Assembly: GCA_965365505.1 (NCBI GenBank)
Contig: CBDUBY010000001.1
Span: forward strand, 1-54,070
Reading direction: 5' to 3'
Origin: an uncultured Pyrinomonadaceae bacterium
Lineage (GTDB): Bacteria; Acidobacteriota; Blastocatellia; Pyrinomonadales; Pyrinomonadaceae
DNA: 54,070 nucleotides
A program made the position numbers and the translations under genes. The notes beneath the pieces are model-generated. The model was given only the letters and a program-made list of their open reading frames with translations. It ran no database searches and was not told the DNA's origin. Positions 37,621 through 46,402 of this stretch are shown here, in pieces (the stretch's first letter is position 1; every line of letters begins with the position of its first letter).

Positions 37621-37755
37621 TAATTATTAACAATCGCCATTTATCCGCCGCAGTTTACCTAACAATAATTTAACTACACTTTCCCCAAAAAATAAATGCC
37701 GATTGTTTCCCGGCGCAAATTGCTTTATCATTTTTATTTTTGTCAAAGGTAATTT

Positions 37756-39231
37756 ATGAGTAAAGCACTTCCAAAGCGTTCGGAGAATTATTCCGAATGG
37801 TATAACGAACTCGTCAAACGCGCCGATTTAGCCGAACATTCGGCGGTTAAAGGCTGTATGGTCATCAAACCTTACGGCTATTCTATCTGGGAAAAAATGC
37901 AGCGCGCGCTCGACGATATGTTCAAAGCGACCGGACACAGCAACGCATATTTTCCGTTGTTCGTGCCGAAAAGTTTTCTTGAAAAAGAAGAAGAACACGC
38001 CGAAGGTTTCGCCAAAGAATGCGCCGTCGTGACGCATTACCGCCTTAAAAACAATCCTGACGGCAAAGGCTTGATCGTTGACCCGAACGCCAAGCTCGAA
38101 GAAGAATTAATCATTCGACCGACCAGCGAAGCCGTCATCTGGAACACCTACAAAGGCTGGATTCAGTCGTGGCGCGATTTGCCTTTGCTAATAAATCAAT
38201 GGGCAAACGTCGTGCGATGGGAAATGCGAACGCGCCTGTTTTTGCGAACCACTGAATTTCTCTGGCAGGAAGGACACACCGCGCACGCGACCAGCCAGGA
38301 AGCGGTCGAGGAAACGGAACTAATGCTCGGCGTTTACGCGACTTTCGCCGAAGATTGGATGGCTTTGCCGGTTCTCAAAGGTTTGAAATCGGCGAATGAG
38401 AGATTTGCCGGTGCAATCGAAACCTATTGCATCGAAGCCTTAATGCAGGACGGAAAGGCTCTGCAATCCGGCACGTCGCATTTTCTCGGGCAAAACTTTG
38501 CGAAGTCATTCGACGTGAAATTCGTTAATAAAGAAAATCAACTCGAATACGCGTGGGCGACGAGTTGGGGCGTTTCGACGCGGTTAATGGGCGCGTTGAT
38601 TATGGCGCATTCGGACGATAACGGCTTGGTTTTGCCGCCGAAACTGGCGCCGATTCAATGCGTTATCGTGCCGATTTTCCGCAGCGATGAAGATTTATCA
38701 GAGATTTCGCACAAAGTTTTCAATGATATTTTACCGAAATTAGAAGCTCGTGGAATTTCGGTAAAATATGATAATGACGACAAATACAAGCCTGGATTTA
38801 AGTTTGCCGAATATGAATTAAAAGGTGTCCCGATTCGTCTCGGAATCGGTATGCGCGACCTCGAAAACGGCACGGTCGAAGTCGCTCGGCGCGATACATT
38901 ATCGAAGGAAACCGTTGCGCTCGACGGCATCGAAAACGTCATTGCCAATTTGCTCGACGAAATTCAGCAGAACATTTATCAAAAGGCGTTAAAGTTCCGC
39001 GAGGAAAACACTTTTCGAGTTGATTCGTGGGACGATTTCAAAATGCAGATCGAAAAGGGCGGCTTTATCGAAGCGCATTGGGACGGCACAAGCGAAACGG
39101 AGGAGAAAATTAAAGCCGAAACAAAAGCGACGATTCGCCTCATTCCGCTCGAACCGTCCGCAGAATCGGGAACCTGCGTTTATTCGGGCGCACCGTCAAA
39201 ACAGAGAGTCGTGTTCGCCCGATCTTATTAA
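37756..39231 (+). CDS. proS: prolyl-tRNA synthetase (archaeal/eukaryote-like type)
   Basis: N-terminus [19 protein letters not shown]...[14 protein letters not shown], class II motifs ([24 protein letters not shown]), and the conserved C-terminal Tyr (..FARSY). Confidence 0.93.
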   Translation: MSKALPKRSENYSEWYNELVKRADLAEHSAVKGCMVIKPYGYSIWEKMQRALDDMFKATGHSNAYFPLFVPKSFLEKEEEHAEGFAKECAVVTHYRLKNNPDGKGLIVDPNAKLEEELIIRPTSEAVIWNTYKGWIQSWRDLPLLINQWANVVRWEMRTRLFLRTTEFLWQEGHTAHATSQEAVEETELMLGVYATFAEDWMALPVLKGLKSANERFAGAIETYCIEALMQDGKALQSGTSHFLGQNFAKSFDVKFVNKENQLEYAWATSWGVSTRLMGALIMAHSDDNGLVLPPKLAPIQCVIVPIFRSDEDLSEISHKVFNDILPKLEARGISVKYDNDDKYKPGFKFAEYELKGVPIRLGIGMRDLENGTVEVARRDTLSKETVALDGIENVIANLLDEIQQNIYQKALKFREENTFRVDSWDDFKMQIEKGGFIEAHWDGTSETEEKIKAETKATIRLIPLEPSAESGTCVYSGAPSKQRVVFARSY

Positions 39232-39244
39232 ACACAAAGGGCGT

Positions 39245-39303
39245 AAAAACAGGAAACGGCACGAAAAAGAATTGAATTTTTCGTGTCGTTTCCTGTTTTT
39301 TTT
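39245..39303. terminator. bidirectional intrinsic terminator (about 20-bp stem) between proS and the uvrC-like gene
   Basis: AAAAACAGGAAACGGCACGAAAAA-gaattgaa-TTTTTCGTGTCGTTTCCTGTTTTTTTT. Confidence 0.9.
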
Positions 39304-39307
39304 GTGG

Positions 39308-40846
39308 TTAATGATCATTCATTTTCGATGAATTCGGTTTTTCAATTTTTCGGCGGCTGTTTTTCGTTTTCAGAATAATTTCTCCTGCCTGGGTCATTGA
39401 ACGAATCGGCGACAAATCTCCGGCGTTGCCGCCGCGTTCGGCATACCGCGTCGGGACGAGCAGGTATTTTACTTGCGGCGTAGTTTCGTTATTAGAGAAA
39501 ATCTGGACGAGCGAATGCAGTTCGCGGTGCGTTTCGTTGGCGAGCGTGTGCGCCGCGTCGCGCAGACTTTGCAGGAAATTCATTGCCGCCGAACGCCGGT
39601 CGAATTCGATGCGCGAATTTTTCCGGATTAGAAAATGACTGATTTGATTGTGCGCTCGCGGCGGTTTGACCGCGCCGATGACGGTTAAATTTTCCAAATC
39701 AAACGCTGCAAAATTTTTTTCCGCCGCATTGATTTGCGGTTTCGCGCCGTCCACGATTACTAAATCAGGCAAATCTTTTTTCGCGGGCAAAAGACGCAGC
39801 CGTTCGCTGACGGCGGCAGCGAGCGCGGCGGTTTCCGAGAGGTTTTCAAATTCCCAGACCAAACCGTCTTCTCTTTGCAAAACACCATCGGCGGCAATGA
39901 CGCGGGCGGCGACGATTTCTTTGCCCGCTAAGTGCGCGACATCGAAACACTCGATGCGGCGCGGCGGTTTGCGCAATCCGAAGAGGATTTTAATTTCTTC
40001 GAGCAATTCGTTTTTTCCGGCGGTTGATTGACCTTTTTTATAATTGAAAGCGTGCGGCGCGAGCGTCTGTGTTTTGGCGATTGACGGCGGCAATCGGTCG
40101 GGCAGTTGAGCGACGATTTTTATTTTATGTCCGAAGTCTTCGGTTAATTTGTTTTCTAAAGATTTCCTTTCGGGAAAATCAAGCGGCACGAAAATTTGTT
40201 TCGGCGCATAAAAACGATAAAAGTTTCGGATAAAACCGGCGATGCTTTTTTCATCAACCGCGTCGCCTTCTGTTTCAAAATTTAATCTGCCGACCGACTT
40301 CCCGCGCCGCAAAGTTGTTACATAAATTCTCGTCGTATTTTCCTCGCGGCTCAGCGTGATGACATCGTTCATCTTCGAAACGTGAACTTGCCATTTGGCG
40401 TTGGCGGCGATTTCTTCAATCGTCAATCTGATGTCGCGCCATTCGGCAGCCGATTCGTATTCGTAATTTTCGGCGAGCATTTCAATTTTTCGGTCAATCT
40501 TCGTTAAAGCAAGTTCGGTTTGATTCGATAAAATTAAATGAACGATTTCGACCGATTCGAGATAAGTCGGGCGGTCGCAAATCGAAGCGACGCACGGCGC
40601 GAGACAGCGGTGCAAAAAGTATTCGGGACACGGCGCGTCAAAGTCGCCGCGAATATCGAGTTCGCACGGGCGCAGGCGAAAAGTTTTCGCCAGTAAATCG
40701 AGCATTCGCCGCACCATTCCGGTCGGCAAAAACGCGCCGTAAATGTTTTGTTCGGGCGTTTTGTTTTCCGGTCGGCGCGTGATTAAAAGACGCGGGAATT
40801 TTTCGTCCGTTGTGAGTTTTAGAAATGGATAACTTTGATTTTCCAT
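39308..40846 (-). CDS. UvrC paralogue lacking the N-terminal GIY-YIG nuclease and C-terminal (HhH)2 domains
   Basis: It aligns by eye to E. coli UvrC from about residue 90. Shared motifs are NQSYPFLKL..FPRL, the Cys-rich RPC...APCPEYFLHRCLAPCV, a UVR-like YEYESAAEWRDIR, and the C-terminal RNase-H-like nuclease motifs ECFDVAHLAG, DLVIVDGAKPQ and LRDAAHTLA. No GIY-YIG and no GIG/HhH motif are present. Start is ATG 40846, or 40864 inside the repeat arm. Confidence 0.75.
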   Translation of the reverse strand: MENQSYPFLKLTTDEKFPRLLITRRPENKTPEQNIYGAFLPTGMVRRMLDLLAKTFRLRPCELDIRGDFDAPCPEYFLHRCLAPCVASICDRPTYLESVEIVHLILSNQTELALTKIDRKIEMLAENYEYESAAEWRDIRLTIEEIAANAKWQVHVSKMNDVITLSREENTTRIYVTTLRRGKSVGRLNFETEGDAVDEKSIAGFIRNFYRFYAPKQIFVPLDFPERKSLENKLTEDFGHKIKIVAQLPDRLPPSIAKTQTLAPHAFNYKKGQSTAGKNELLEEIKILFGLRKPPRRIECFDVAHLAGKEIVAARVIAADGVLQREDGLVWEFENLSETAALAAAVSERLRLLPAKKDLPDLVIVDGAKPQINAAEKNFAAFDLENLTVIGAVKPPRAHNQISHFLIRKNSRIEFDRRSAAMNFLQSLRDAAHTLANETHRELHSLVQIFSNNETTPQVKYLLVPTRYAERGGNAGDLSPIRSMTQAGEIILKTKNSRRKIEKPNSSKMNDH

Positions 40847-40850
40847 TATT

Positions 40851-40955
40851 CGGAACGCCGACATCTTGTCGGCATTTTGCTTTGGAAAAGCGAGTATATT
40901 TTTGCAAACTGAATCTCGGAGTAACGCTCATTGCCGACAAGATGTCGGCGTTCCG
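40851..40955. repeat. split copy of the double-hairpin palindromic element (variant GCCGACA arms, 57-nt insert)
   Basis: CGGAACGCCGACATCTTGTCGGCA (40851-40874) and its reverse complement TGCCGACAAGATGTCGGCGTTCCG (40932-40955). Confidence 0.9.
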
Positions 40956-40957
40956 AG

Positions 40958-42562
40958 TTAGCTGTCGGCTTCAAGCATTTGATGAATCGCGTCGAGCGTG
41001 TCGGCATCTTTCGGCAACTTATCCTCGCGCCATCTCAAGATTCGCGGGAAGCGCACGGCAACTCCTGATTTGTGGCGCGTGGATTTTTGGATGCCTTCAA
41101 AGCCGAGTTCAAAAACAAGTTTCGGTTCAACGCTTCGCACGGGTCCAAAAGTTTCGAGCGTGTGGCGGCGCACGAAATTATCCACGCGGCGAATCTCCTT
41201 GTCGGTCAAACCCGAATACGCTTTGGCAAACGGCACGAGTTCGCCGTTCGACCAAACGGCGAAAGTGTAATCGGTGTAGAGACTGGCGCGTTTGCCCGTG
41301 CCGCGCTGCGCGTAAATCATCACCGCGTCAACGGTCAGCGGTTCGATTTTCCATTTCCACCAATCGCCGCGCGGACGACCGACGCGAAACGGCGAGGCGA
41401 GCCGTTTGAGCATAAAACCTTCGACTTTGCGACTGCGGCTTTCCTCACGAATTTTTGCTAAATCTTCCCAACTTTCGGCTTCGACGGTCGGATAATAAAT
41501 TAAATTTTTCTTTGCTTCGTCAGGCAGATTGTCCAAAATTTCAATCATCTTCGCGCGTCTGAAACTCAACTCTTTCTGGCGAATATCTTCGCCTTCAAAT
41601 TCGAGCAAGTCGTAACAAAGCAATACGACCGGAACTTCTTCCAACAATTTTTTGCCGACGGTTTTGCGCCCGATGCGTCTTTGAAGCTGCGCGAACGGCA
41701 TCACCGCATCGTTCATCCAGGGCAAAATTTCGCCGTCCAAAACCGTGCCTTCGGGTAAAGCGAAACTCGCGTTTGTGATTTCAGGAAAACGCTCGGAAAC
41801 CAAATCTTCGCCGCGCGACCAGAGAAAACTTTCGCCGCCGCGCCTGATGAGTTGCGCTCTGATGCCGTCCCATTTCCACTCGGCTTGCCAGTCTTTGATG
41901 TCGCCCAATTCTTCGAGCGGAAAATCCAATTGATGCGCCAGATGAAACGGATACGGGCGCGACAAATCCGCGTCTTCACTCGATGCTTCCAATAAATTCA
42001 AATAAAAATCGGCGGTCGGCGACCAGGTTCCCATCAAACGATGCGCGATAATTTCCTTTTCGATTCCCGAAACTTGCGCCAAAGCTCTGGTTACGAGAGA
42101 TTGCGACACGCCGACTCGAAAACTGCCCGTCACCAATTTGTTCCAAACGAAACGCTCATTCGCGTCGAGTTCGTTCCACGCCTGAGCGACCGCTTCGCGC
42201 TGTTCGGTTTCGTCCAATCCGCGTAAAGGAACAGTTCGATTTTCAACCCAGTAAGCCAGCGGCAATTCGCTGCCCGTCGCGTTCGTATCAGGCAAAAGCA
42301 GCGCAATCGTTTCGCCCAAATCGCCGACGGCATCATAGGAAAGTTCAAACAGCCAATCGGGAATCTCCGAAATCTCCGCCGCCCACATTCTAAGTTTCGC
42401 CGTCGGAATAATCTGACGCGGTTTGCGCCCGCTCAGAAAATAAATCGCCCACGCCGCGTCCGCCGCGTCCGCGTTTTTGAAGTATTCGACTATCGCCTCG
42501 ACTTTTTCGTTGGTCTTATTCGTCTGGTCGAGCGCAAGATATAAATTGGTGAATTTTTTCAT
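40958..42562 (-). CDS. ATP-dependent DNA ligase (ligase-associated DNA damage response cluster type)
   Basis: Motif I adenylation lysine in AEWKWDGIRAQL (KxDG), an EGFMLKR-type motif, and a C-terminal OB region. 534 aa. Sits directly after the MBL-fold exonuclease gene. Confidence 0.85.
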   Translation of the reverse strand: MKKFTNLYLALDQTNKTNEKVEAIVEYFKNADAADAAWAIYFLSGRKPRQIIPTAKLRMWAAEISEIPDWLFELSYDAVGDLGETIALLLPDTNATGSELPLAYWVENRTVPLRGLDETEQREAVAQAWNELDANERFVWNKLVTGSFRVGVSQSLVTRALAQVSGIEKEIIAHRLMGTWSPTADFYLNLLEASSEDADLSRPYPFHLAHQLDFPLEELGDIKDWQAEWKWDGIRAQLIRRGGESFLWSRGEDLVSERFPEITNASFALPEGTVLDGEILPWMNDAVMPFAQLQRRIGRKTVGKKLLEEVPVVLLCYDLLEFEGEDIRQKELSFRRAKMIEILDNLPDEAKKNLIYYPTVEAESWEDLAKIREESRSRKVEGFMLKRLASPFRVGRPRGDWWKWKIEPLTVDAVMIYAQRGTGKRASLYTDYTFAVWSNGELVPFAKAYSGLTDKEIRRVDNFVRRHTLETFGPVRSVEPKLVFELGFEGIQKSTRHKSGVAVRFPRILRWREDKLPKDADTLDAIHQMLEADS

Positions 42563-42626
42563 TTAAGAATTATTTGTCTAGCGACGAACGCAGATAAAAC
42601 CCGGCATCATTTTTTCAAATCGGTGT

Positions 42627-43673
42627 TCACCCGTTTTCATCTGTGGACAATATCTCTTCTTCGTCAACCTTTAATTTTTCCATCTCCGGCGAATCGCCGA
42701 CGAATTTAGTTTCGAGCGGACGAGCATCTTTGCCGACGCTTTTTAAGTATTTGACAACCGTGTCAATACTGCCGTGCGTCACCCAGATTTGTTCGGCTTC
42801 GGTGGCGTCAATCGCGGTCATTAGTTCTTCCCAATCGGCGTGGTCAGACAAAATTATTCCGCGGTCAACCGCGCGGCGGCGACGCGCTCCGCGAATCCGC
42901 ATCCAGCCCGACGCAAAGCCGGTTGACTGGCTGCCGAATCTTCGCGTCCAAGGCGTGTCCTGCGCGGACGGCGGCGCGATAATCAGCGAGCCGATAAAGT
43001 CTTTTTTATTTTCAACTTCACCGACATACGTCGTCGGCGGAAGTTCAACGCCTATTTCACGGTAATCTCTGGTTAATCTTTCAACCGCGCCGTGCGTGTA
43101 AATTCGTCCGATTGAACGGTCAACGCTTTTCATAATCCTTTGCGCTTTACCCAAAGAATAAGCGAAAATCACCGTCGCTTTTCCCTTCTCGACATTGCCG
43201 CGCCACCACTGATTAACTTCTTCAAATAAAATCTCCGGTTTCGTCCAGCGGTAAATCGGCAGCCCGAACGTGGCTTCAGTGATAAAGGCGTGACATTTGA
43301 CCGGCTCAAACGCGGCGCACGTCGGGTCGCAGGTTAATTTATAATCGCCGCTCGCCACCCAAACTTCGCCTTTGTATTCGACGCGAACTTGCGCCGAGCC
43401 GAGAACGTGACCCGCCGGATGCAACGAAACTTTCACGCCGTTAATTGTCGTGGATTTGCCATATGGAAGCGTTTCGATATTTCCTTCGTTATAAAGCCTG
43501 GTGCGAAACAGCAGTTCGCCTTCCTTACTGACCAGATAATTTTTCGAGCCGCGATAAGTGTGGTCGGCGTGTGCGTGAGTTAAAACCGCGCGCGTCACAG
43601 GCAGCCACGGGTCAATATAAAAATTGCCGGGTTCGACGTAAAGACCGCGTTCGGTTGGTTTAATAAGTCGCAT
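42627..43673 (-). CDS. metallo-beta-lactamase/beta-CASP-like exonuclease (ligase-associated DNA damage response EXO)
   Basis: THAHADHTYRG (HxHxDH), with later GDY...ATFG and SDHADW motifs. Real start is MRLIKPTERG (ATG 43673), because the track's N-terminal extension is a translated palindrome. Confidence 0.75.
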   Translation of the reverse strand: MRLIKPTERGLYVEPGNFYIDPWLPVTRAVLTHAHADHTYRGSKNYLVSKEGELLFRTRLYNEGNIETLPYGKSTTINGVKVSLHPAGHVLGSAQVRVEYKGEVWVASGDYKLTCDPTCAAFEPVKCHAFITEATFGLPIYRWTKPEILFEEVNQWWRGNVEKGKATVIFAYSLGKAQRIMKSVDRSIGRIYTHGAVERLTRDYREIGVELPPTTYVGEVENKKDFIGSLIIAPPSAQDTPWTRRFGSQSTGFASGWMRIRGARRRRAVDRGIILSDHADWEELMTAIDATEAEQIWVTHGSIDTVVKYLKSVGKDARPLETKFVGDSPEMEKLKVDEEEILSTDENG

Positions 43674-43679
43674 AATTTC

Positions 43680-43731
43680 GGAACGCCGGCATCTTGCCGG
43701 CAAACATTTGCCGGCAAGATGCCGGCGTTCC
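43680..43731. repeat. 52-nt double-hairpin palindromic element
   Basis: GGAACGCCGGCATCTTGCCGGCA-aacatt-TGCCGGCAAGATGCCGGCGTTCC, filling the 60-nt gap between two minus-strand genes. Confidence 0.95.
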
Positions 43732-43733
43732 AT

Positions 43734-44879
43734 TTAATCTTTCAAAATTCCGCGTGAAATAACGATTCGCTGCATCTCGCTCGTGCCTTCATAGATGGTT
43801 GTGATACGAGCGTCGCGGTAGTATTTTTCGACGTTGTAGTGTCGAGAGAATCCGTTGCCGCCGTGAATCTGGACGGCTTCGGCACAAACCTTATTTGCCG
43901 TTTCCGACGCAAACAGTTTTGCCATTGAAGCGAACACGCCCGATTGTTTATGTCCTGCGTCCTTCATCGCCGCGGCGCGTAAAGTCAAAAGTCTGGCGGC
44001 TTCTATTTCCGTCGTCATATCGGCGAGCTTGTGTTGAATCGCTTGAAACTCGCTGATTGGTTTGCCGAATGCAACGCGGTCTTTCGAATAATTTTTCGCT
44101 TCGTCGAGTGCCGCCTGCGCGATGCCGACCGATAAAGCGGCGATGCCGATTCTGCCGTTATCCAAACCGCCAAAGGCAACTTTTAACCCTTTTCCGAGTT
44201 CGCCCAGAACATTACCCTTCGGAACTTTTACGTCGGTTAAACTCATCTCGCAGGTTTGCGAAGCACGTTGTCCCATTTTGTGTTCAACCGACGAAACCGC
44301 CAAACCTTCCGTGTCGCCTTCGATTAGAAACGCCGTGATTTCCTTGCGCCCGTCCGCTTCGCCCGTCACGGCAATCGTCAAATAAACTCCGGCTTCGCCG
44401 CCGTTCGTGACCCACGATTTCGTGCCGTTCAAAATATAATTGTCACCGTCCTCAAGGGCGCGAGTTTTTTGATTCGTCGCGTCCGAACCGGCTTGCGGTT
44501 CACTCAAACAAAACGCGCCGAGCTTTTCGCCTCTCGCCAGCGGCACGAGATATTTCTGCTTCTGTTCTTCTGTTCCGTGACTCAAAATCGGATAACAACA
44601 AACCGAATTAGTCACGCTGACGATGACCGCAACCGACGAATCGGCTTTGGCGATTTCTTCGAGCGCGACGGCGTAAGAGACCGAATCAAATCCTGCGCCG
44701 CCGTATTCTTCAGGAATTATCATTCCCAACAGTCCGAGTTCGGCGAGACCGGCAAGCTGCTCGCGCGGAAATTTTTCCTGTTCGTCATACTCGCGGGCGA
44801 CAGGCGCGATTTCGTTTTGCGCGAATTCGCGCACGGCGTTTCGCACCATTTGCTGTTCTTCGGTTAATTCAAAATTCAT
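43734..44879 (-). CDS. acyl-CoA dehydrogenase (short-chain/butyryl-CoA type)
   Basis: FCLSEPQAGSD, and YRDARITTIYEGTSEMQRIVISR at the C-terminus. 381 aa. Confidence 0.93.
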   Translation of the reverse strand: MNFELTEEQQMVRNAVREFAQNEIAPVAREYDEQEKFPREQLAGLAELGLLGMIIPEEYGGAGFDSVSYAVALEEIAKADSSVAVIVSVTNSVCCYPILSHGTEEQKQKYLVPLARGEKLGAFCLSEPQAGSDATNQKTRALEDGDNYILNGTKSWVTNGGEAGVYLTIAVTGEADGRKEITAFLIEGDTEGLAVSSVEHKMGQRASQTCEMSLTDVKVPKGNVLGELGKGLKVAFGGLDNGRIGIAALSVGIAQAALDEAKNYSKDRVAFGKPISEFQAIQHKLADMTTEIEAARLLTLRAAAMKDAGHKQSGVFASMAKLFASETANKVCAEAVQIHGGNGFSRHYNVEKYYRDARITTIYEGTSEMQRIVISRGILKD

Positions 44880-45047
44880 AAGTTAATTTTAATTAAAACT
44901 TAAACTATTTGAAATCGGAAATCAAAAATTTCAACTTTCAAAAGAAACGGGAAAATGATGCGAATTTCGGCTGGCATATCGTTTGCAAAATATCTGCTTT
45001 GTCCAAACAAGTTCGTATGTTTTTGATTCAGAAAAGGAGAGAATAAA

Positions 45048-45164
45048 ATGAGAGATTTGTTTCGAGGAGCGATTGCAGGCGCGGCTGCGTGGAAATTCGG
45101 CGGCGGGCTGATTTCTACTATTTTAATTTTTGTGCTGGTGTTTTGGCTTTTAGGAAAATGTTAA
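45048..45164 (+). CDS. 38-aa small hydrophobic protein (below the ORF-track length cutoff)
   Basis: AAAGGAGAG RBS 7-8 nt upstream of ATG 45048. Translates to MRDLFRGAIAGAAAWKFGGGLISTILIFVLVFWLLGKC with stop at 45162-45164. Confidence 0.5.
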   Translation: MRDLFRGAIAGAAAWKFGGGLISTILIFVLVFWLLGKC

Positions 45165-45225
45165 TTGAAGAAAGTCGAACAGTGGAAAAGTTGTGAGAAT
45201 TTAATCGAACTTGATTTTTCACTTT

Positions 45226-45765
45226 CTACTCTTCTTTCTTTAAAAGTTTAGTTGTATTTTCGATAACGCTGCCCGGTCGGGAAAATTCGCCGGTATCGGG
45301 TGCTTTCCACGAATTTACGGGCGGAACGTAGCTTTGCGCCGGCTGTGATTGCTGCGGCGGCAATCCTCTCGCGCCGGCTCCGTGAAGTGCGTTTATATTT
45401 GCGGTCGGCAGTTCATTCGCCGGAAATGAACCGGCATTTGAGCTTTTCAGAAAAACGAGCGAGCCAATTAATAACATTAAGCCGCCAAAGATGCCAACAA
45501 CTGCTGAAACGGCAGCCAGTTCATCAACATTAACAATTCCCCAAAACGGTGCCATAATCAGCACGAAAAATATCATCCACATTATGCTGAAGACAACGCC
45601 GTTCTTTTTGGTCATCCATTTTTTCGATTTATATAATTCGGCAAGCTGCGGCAGAAAACCGCCGTGCGCGAGAATCTCGGAAATTAAGCTGAGCGGAAAC
45701 CCGCAGCGCGAACAAAATTTCGTTTCCTCAGATACTTGCTGTTGACCACAACGCGGACAGTGCAT
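45226..45765 (-). CDS. zinc-ribbon membrane protein
   Basis: MHCPRCGQQ...FCSRCGFPL zinc ribbon, two TM helices and a Pro/Gln-rich tail. GGAGA RBS before ATG 45765. Confidence 0.65.
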   Translation of the reverse strand: MHCPRCGQQQVSEETKFCSRCGFPLSLISEILAHGGFLPQLAELYKSKKWMTKKNGVVFSIMWMIFFVLIMAPFWGIVNVDELAAVSAVVGIFGGLMLLIGSLVFLKSSNAGSFPANELPTANINALHGAGARGLPPQQSQPAQSYVPPVNSWKAPDTGEFSRPGSVIENTTKLLKKEE

Positions 45766-45855
45766 AATTTCTTTCTCCAACTCTAAATAATAGCTTTCGT
45801 TTAAATCTCTTGTCAGCTACGAATTATAATTCGCATTAGTTCAAAAGGAAATCGC

Positions 45856-46332
45856 TCACCGGCGCGGCATTTTTTCGTCGGAAAACATTTGGAAAATCGC
45901 AAAAGCGCGACCCTGAAAATGTTCGGCGCGAGCGATTGTTTCAATCAGAATTTCAAATATTGATTTCATTTTTTCGGGCGCGGGCATTTCGCGGCGTAAA
46001 TCCGTGTCCGACTCAAAAAGCGCGAAACCTTTACGCCTGGTTGCTTCCACTTCCGCCAAATGTTCCGTCATCAAACGAGTTGTCGAAAGTTCTTCGGGCA
46101 GCGTCCATTCAAACGGGTCGTCCCACAATCTGGTCATAATGCCGCCGAAAGTTTGCTCGACTGCGCCCGCGCTTCGCAGAATGTATTCGCCGATTGAGAA
46201 CATCTGAAAGGTCTGCGGCAATTCACGCGGTCGCCAAAACAATTTATCGTCGCTCGTGAGTTTCAATAAATCGGCAGAGCGCGAGTGCAAAGCGGAAAAT
46301 TGCTTGTCAAAAGTTTCTATCTGCGATTTCAT
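45856..46332 (-). CDS. hypothetical helical protein (DinB_2-like?)
   Basis: About 158 aa and helical. Weak resemblance to the DinB-like bundle. Start set at MKSQIETF. Confidence 0.4.
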   Translation of the reverse strand: MKSQIETFDKQFSALHSRSADLLKLTSDDKLFWRPRELPQTFQMFSIGEYILRSAGAVEQTFGGIMTRLWDDPFEWTLPEELSTTRLMTEHLAEVEATRRKGFALFESDTDLRREMPAPEKMKSIFEILIETIARAEHFQGRAFAIFQMFSDEKMPRR

Positions 46333-46402
46333 AAAATAAAAAGCGAGCATCAGGATTTTAACCCGACGCTCGCCGCTTGTCATTGATGCTGACTGTTATT
46401 TT

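Noticed and set aside
36931-37623. 230-aa plus-strand ORF
   Set aside because: It is antisense to the well-supported proline dehydrogenase gene, with shadow-ORF composition (Phe/Arg/Asn-rich).
39308-40864. Annotating this gene as canonical excinuclease subunit UvrC
   Set aside because: The GIY-YIG domain (about the first 90 aa) and the C-terminal HhH pair are absent, so the standard dual-incision function cannot be assumed.
40825-41409. 194-aa plus-strand ORF spanning the palindromic element and the ligase 3' end
   Set aside because: It is antisense to the ligase, Arg/Cys-rich, and starts inside the repeat.
43674-43733. N-terminal extension MERRHLAGKCLPARCRRSEI of the MBL-fold gene, and similar peptides in ORFs 51196-51522 and 51379-51579
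   Set aside because: These are translations of the GGAACGCCGGCA palindrome family. The same peptide recurs wherever the repeat occurs, so they are ORF-calling artefacts.
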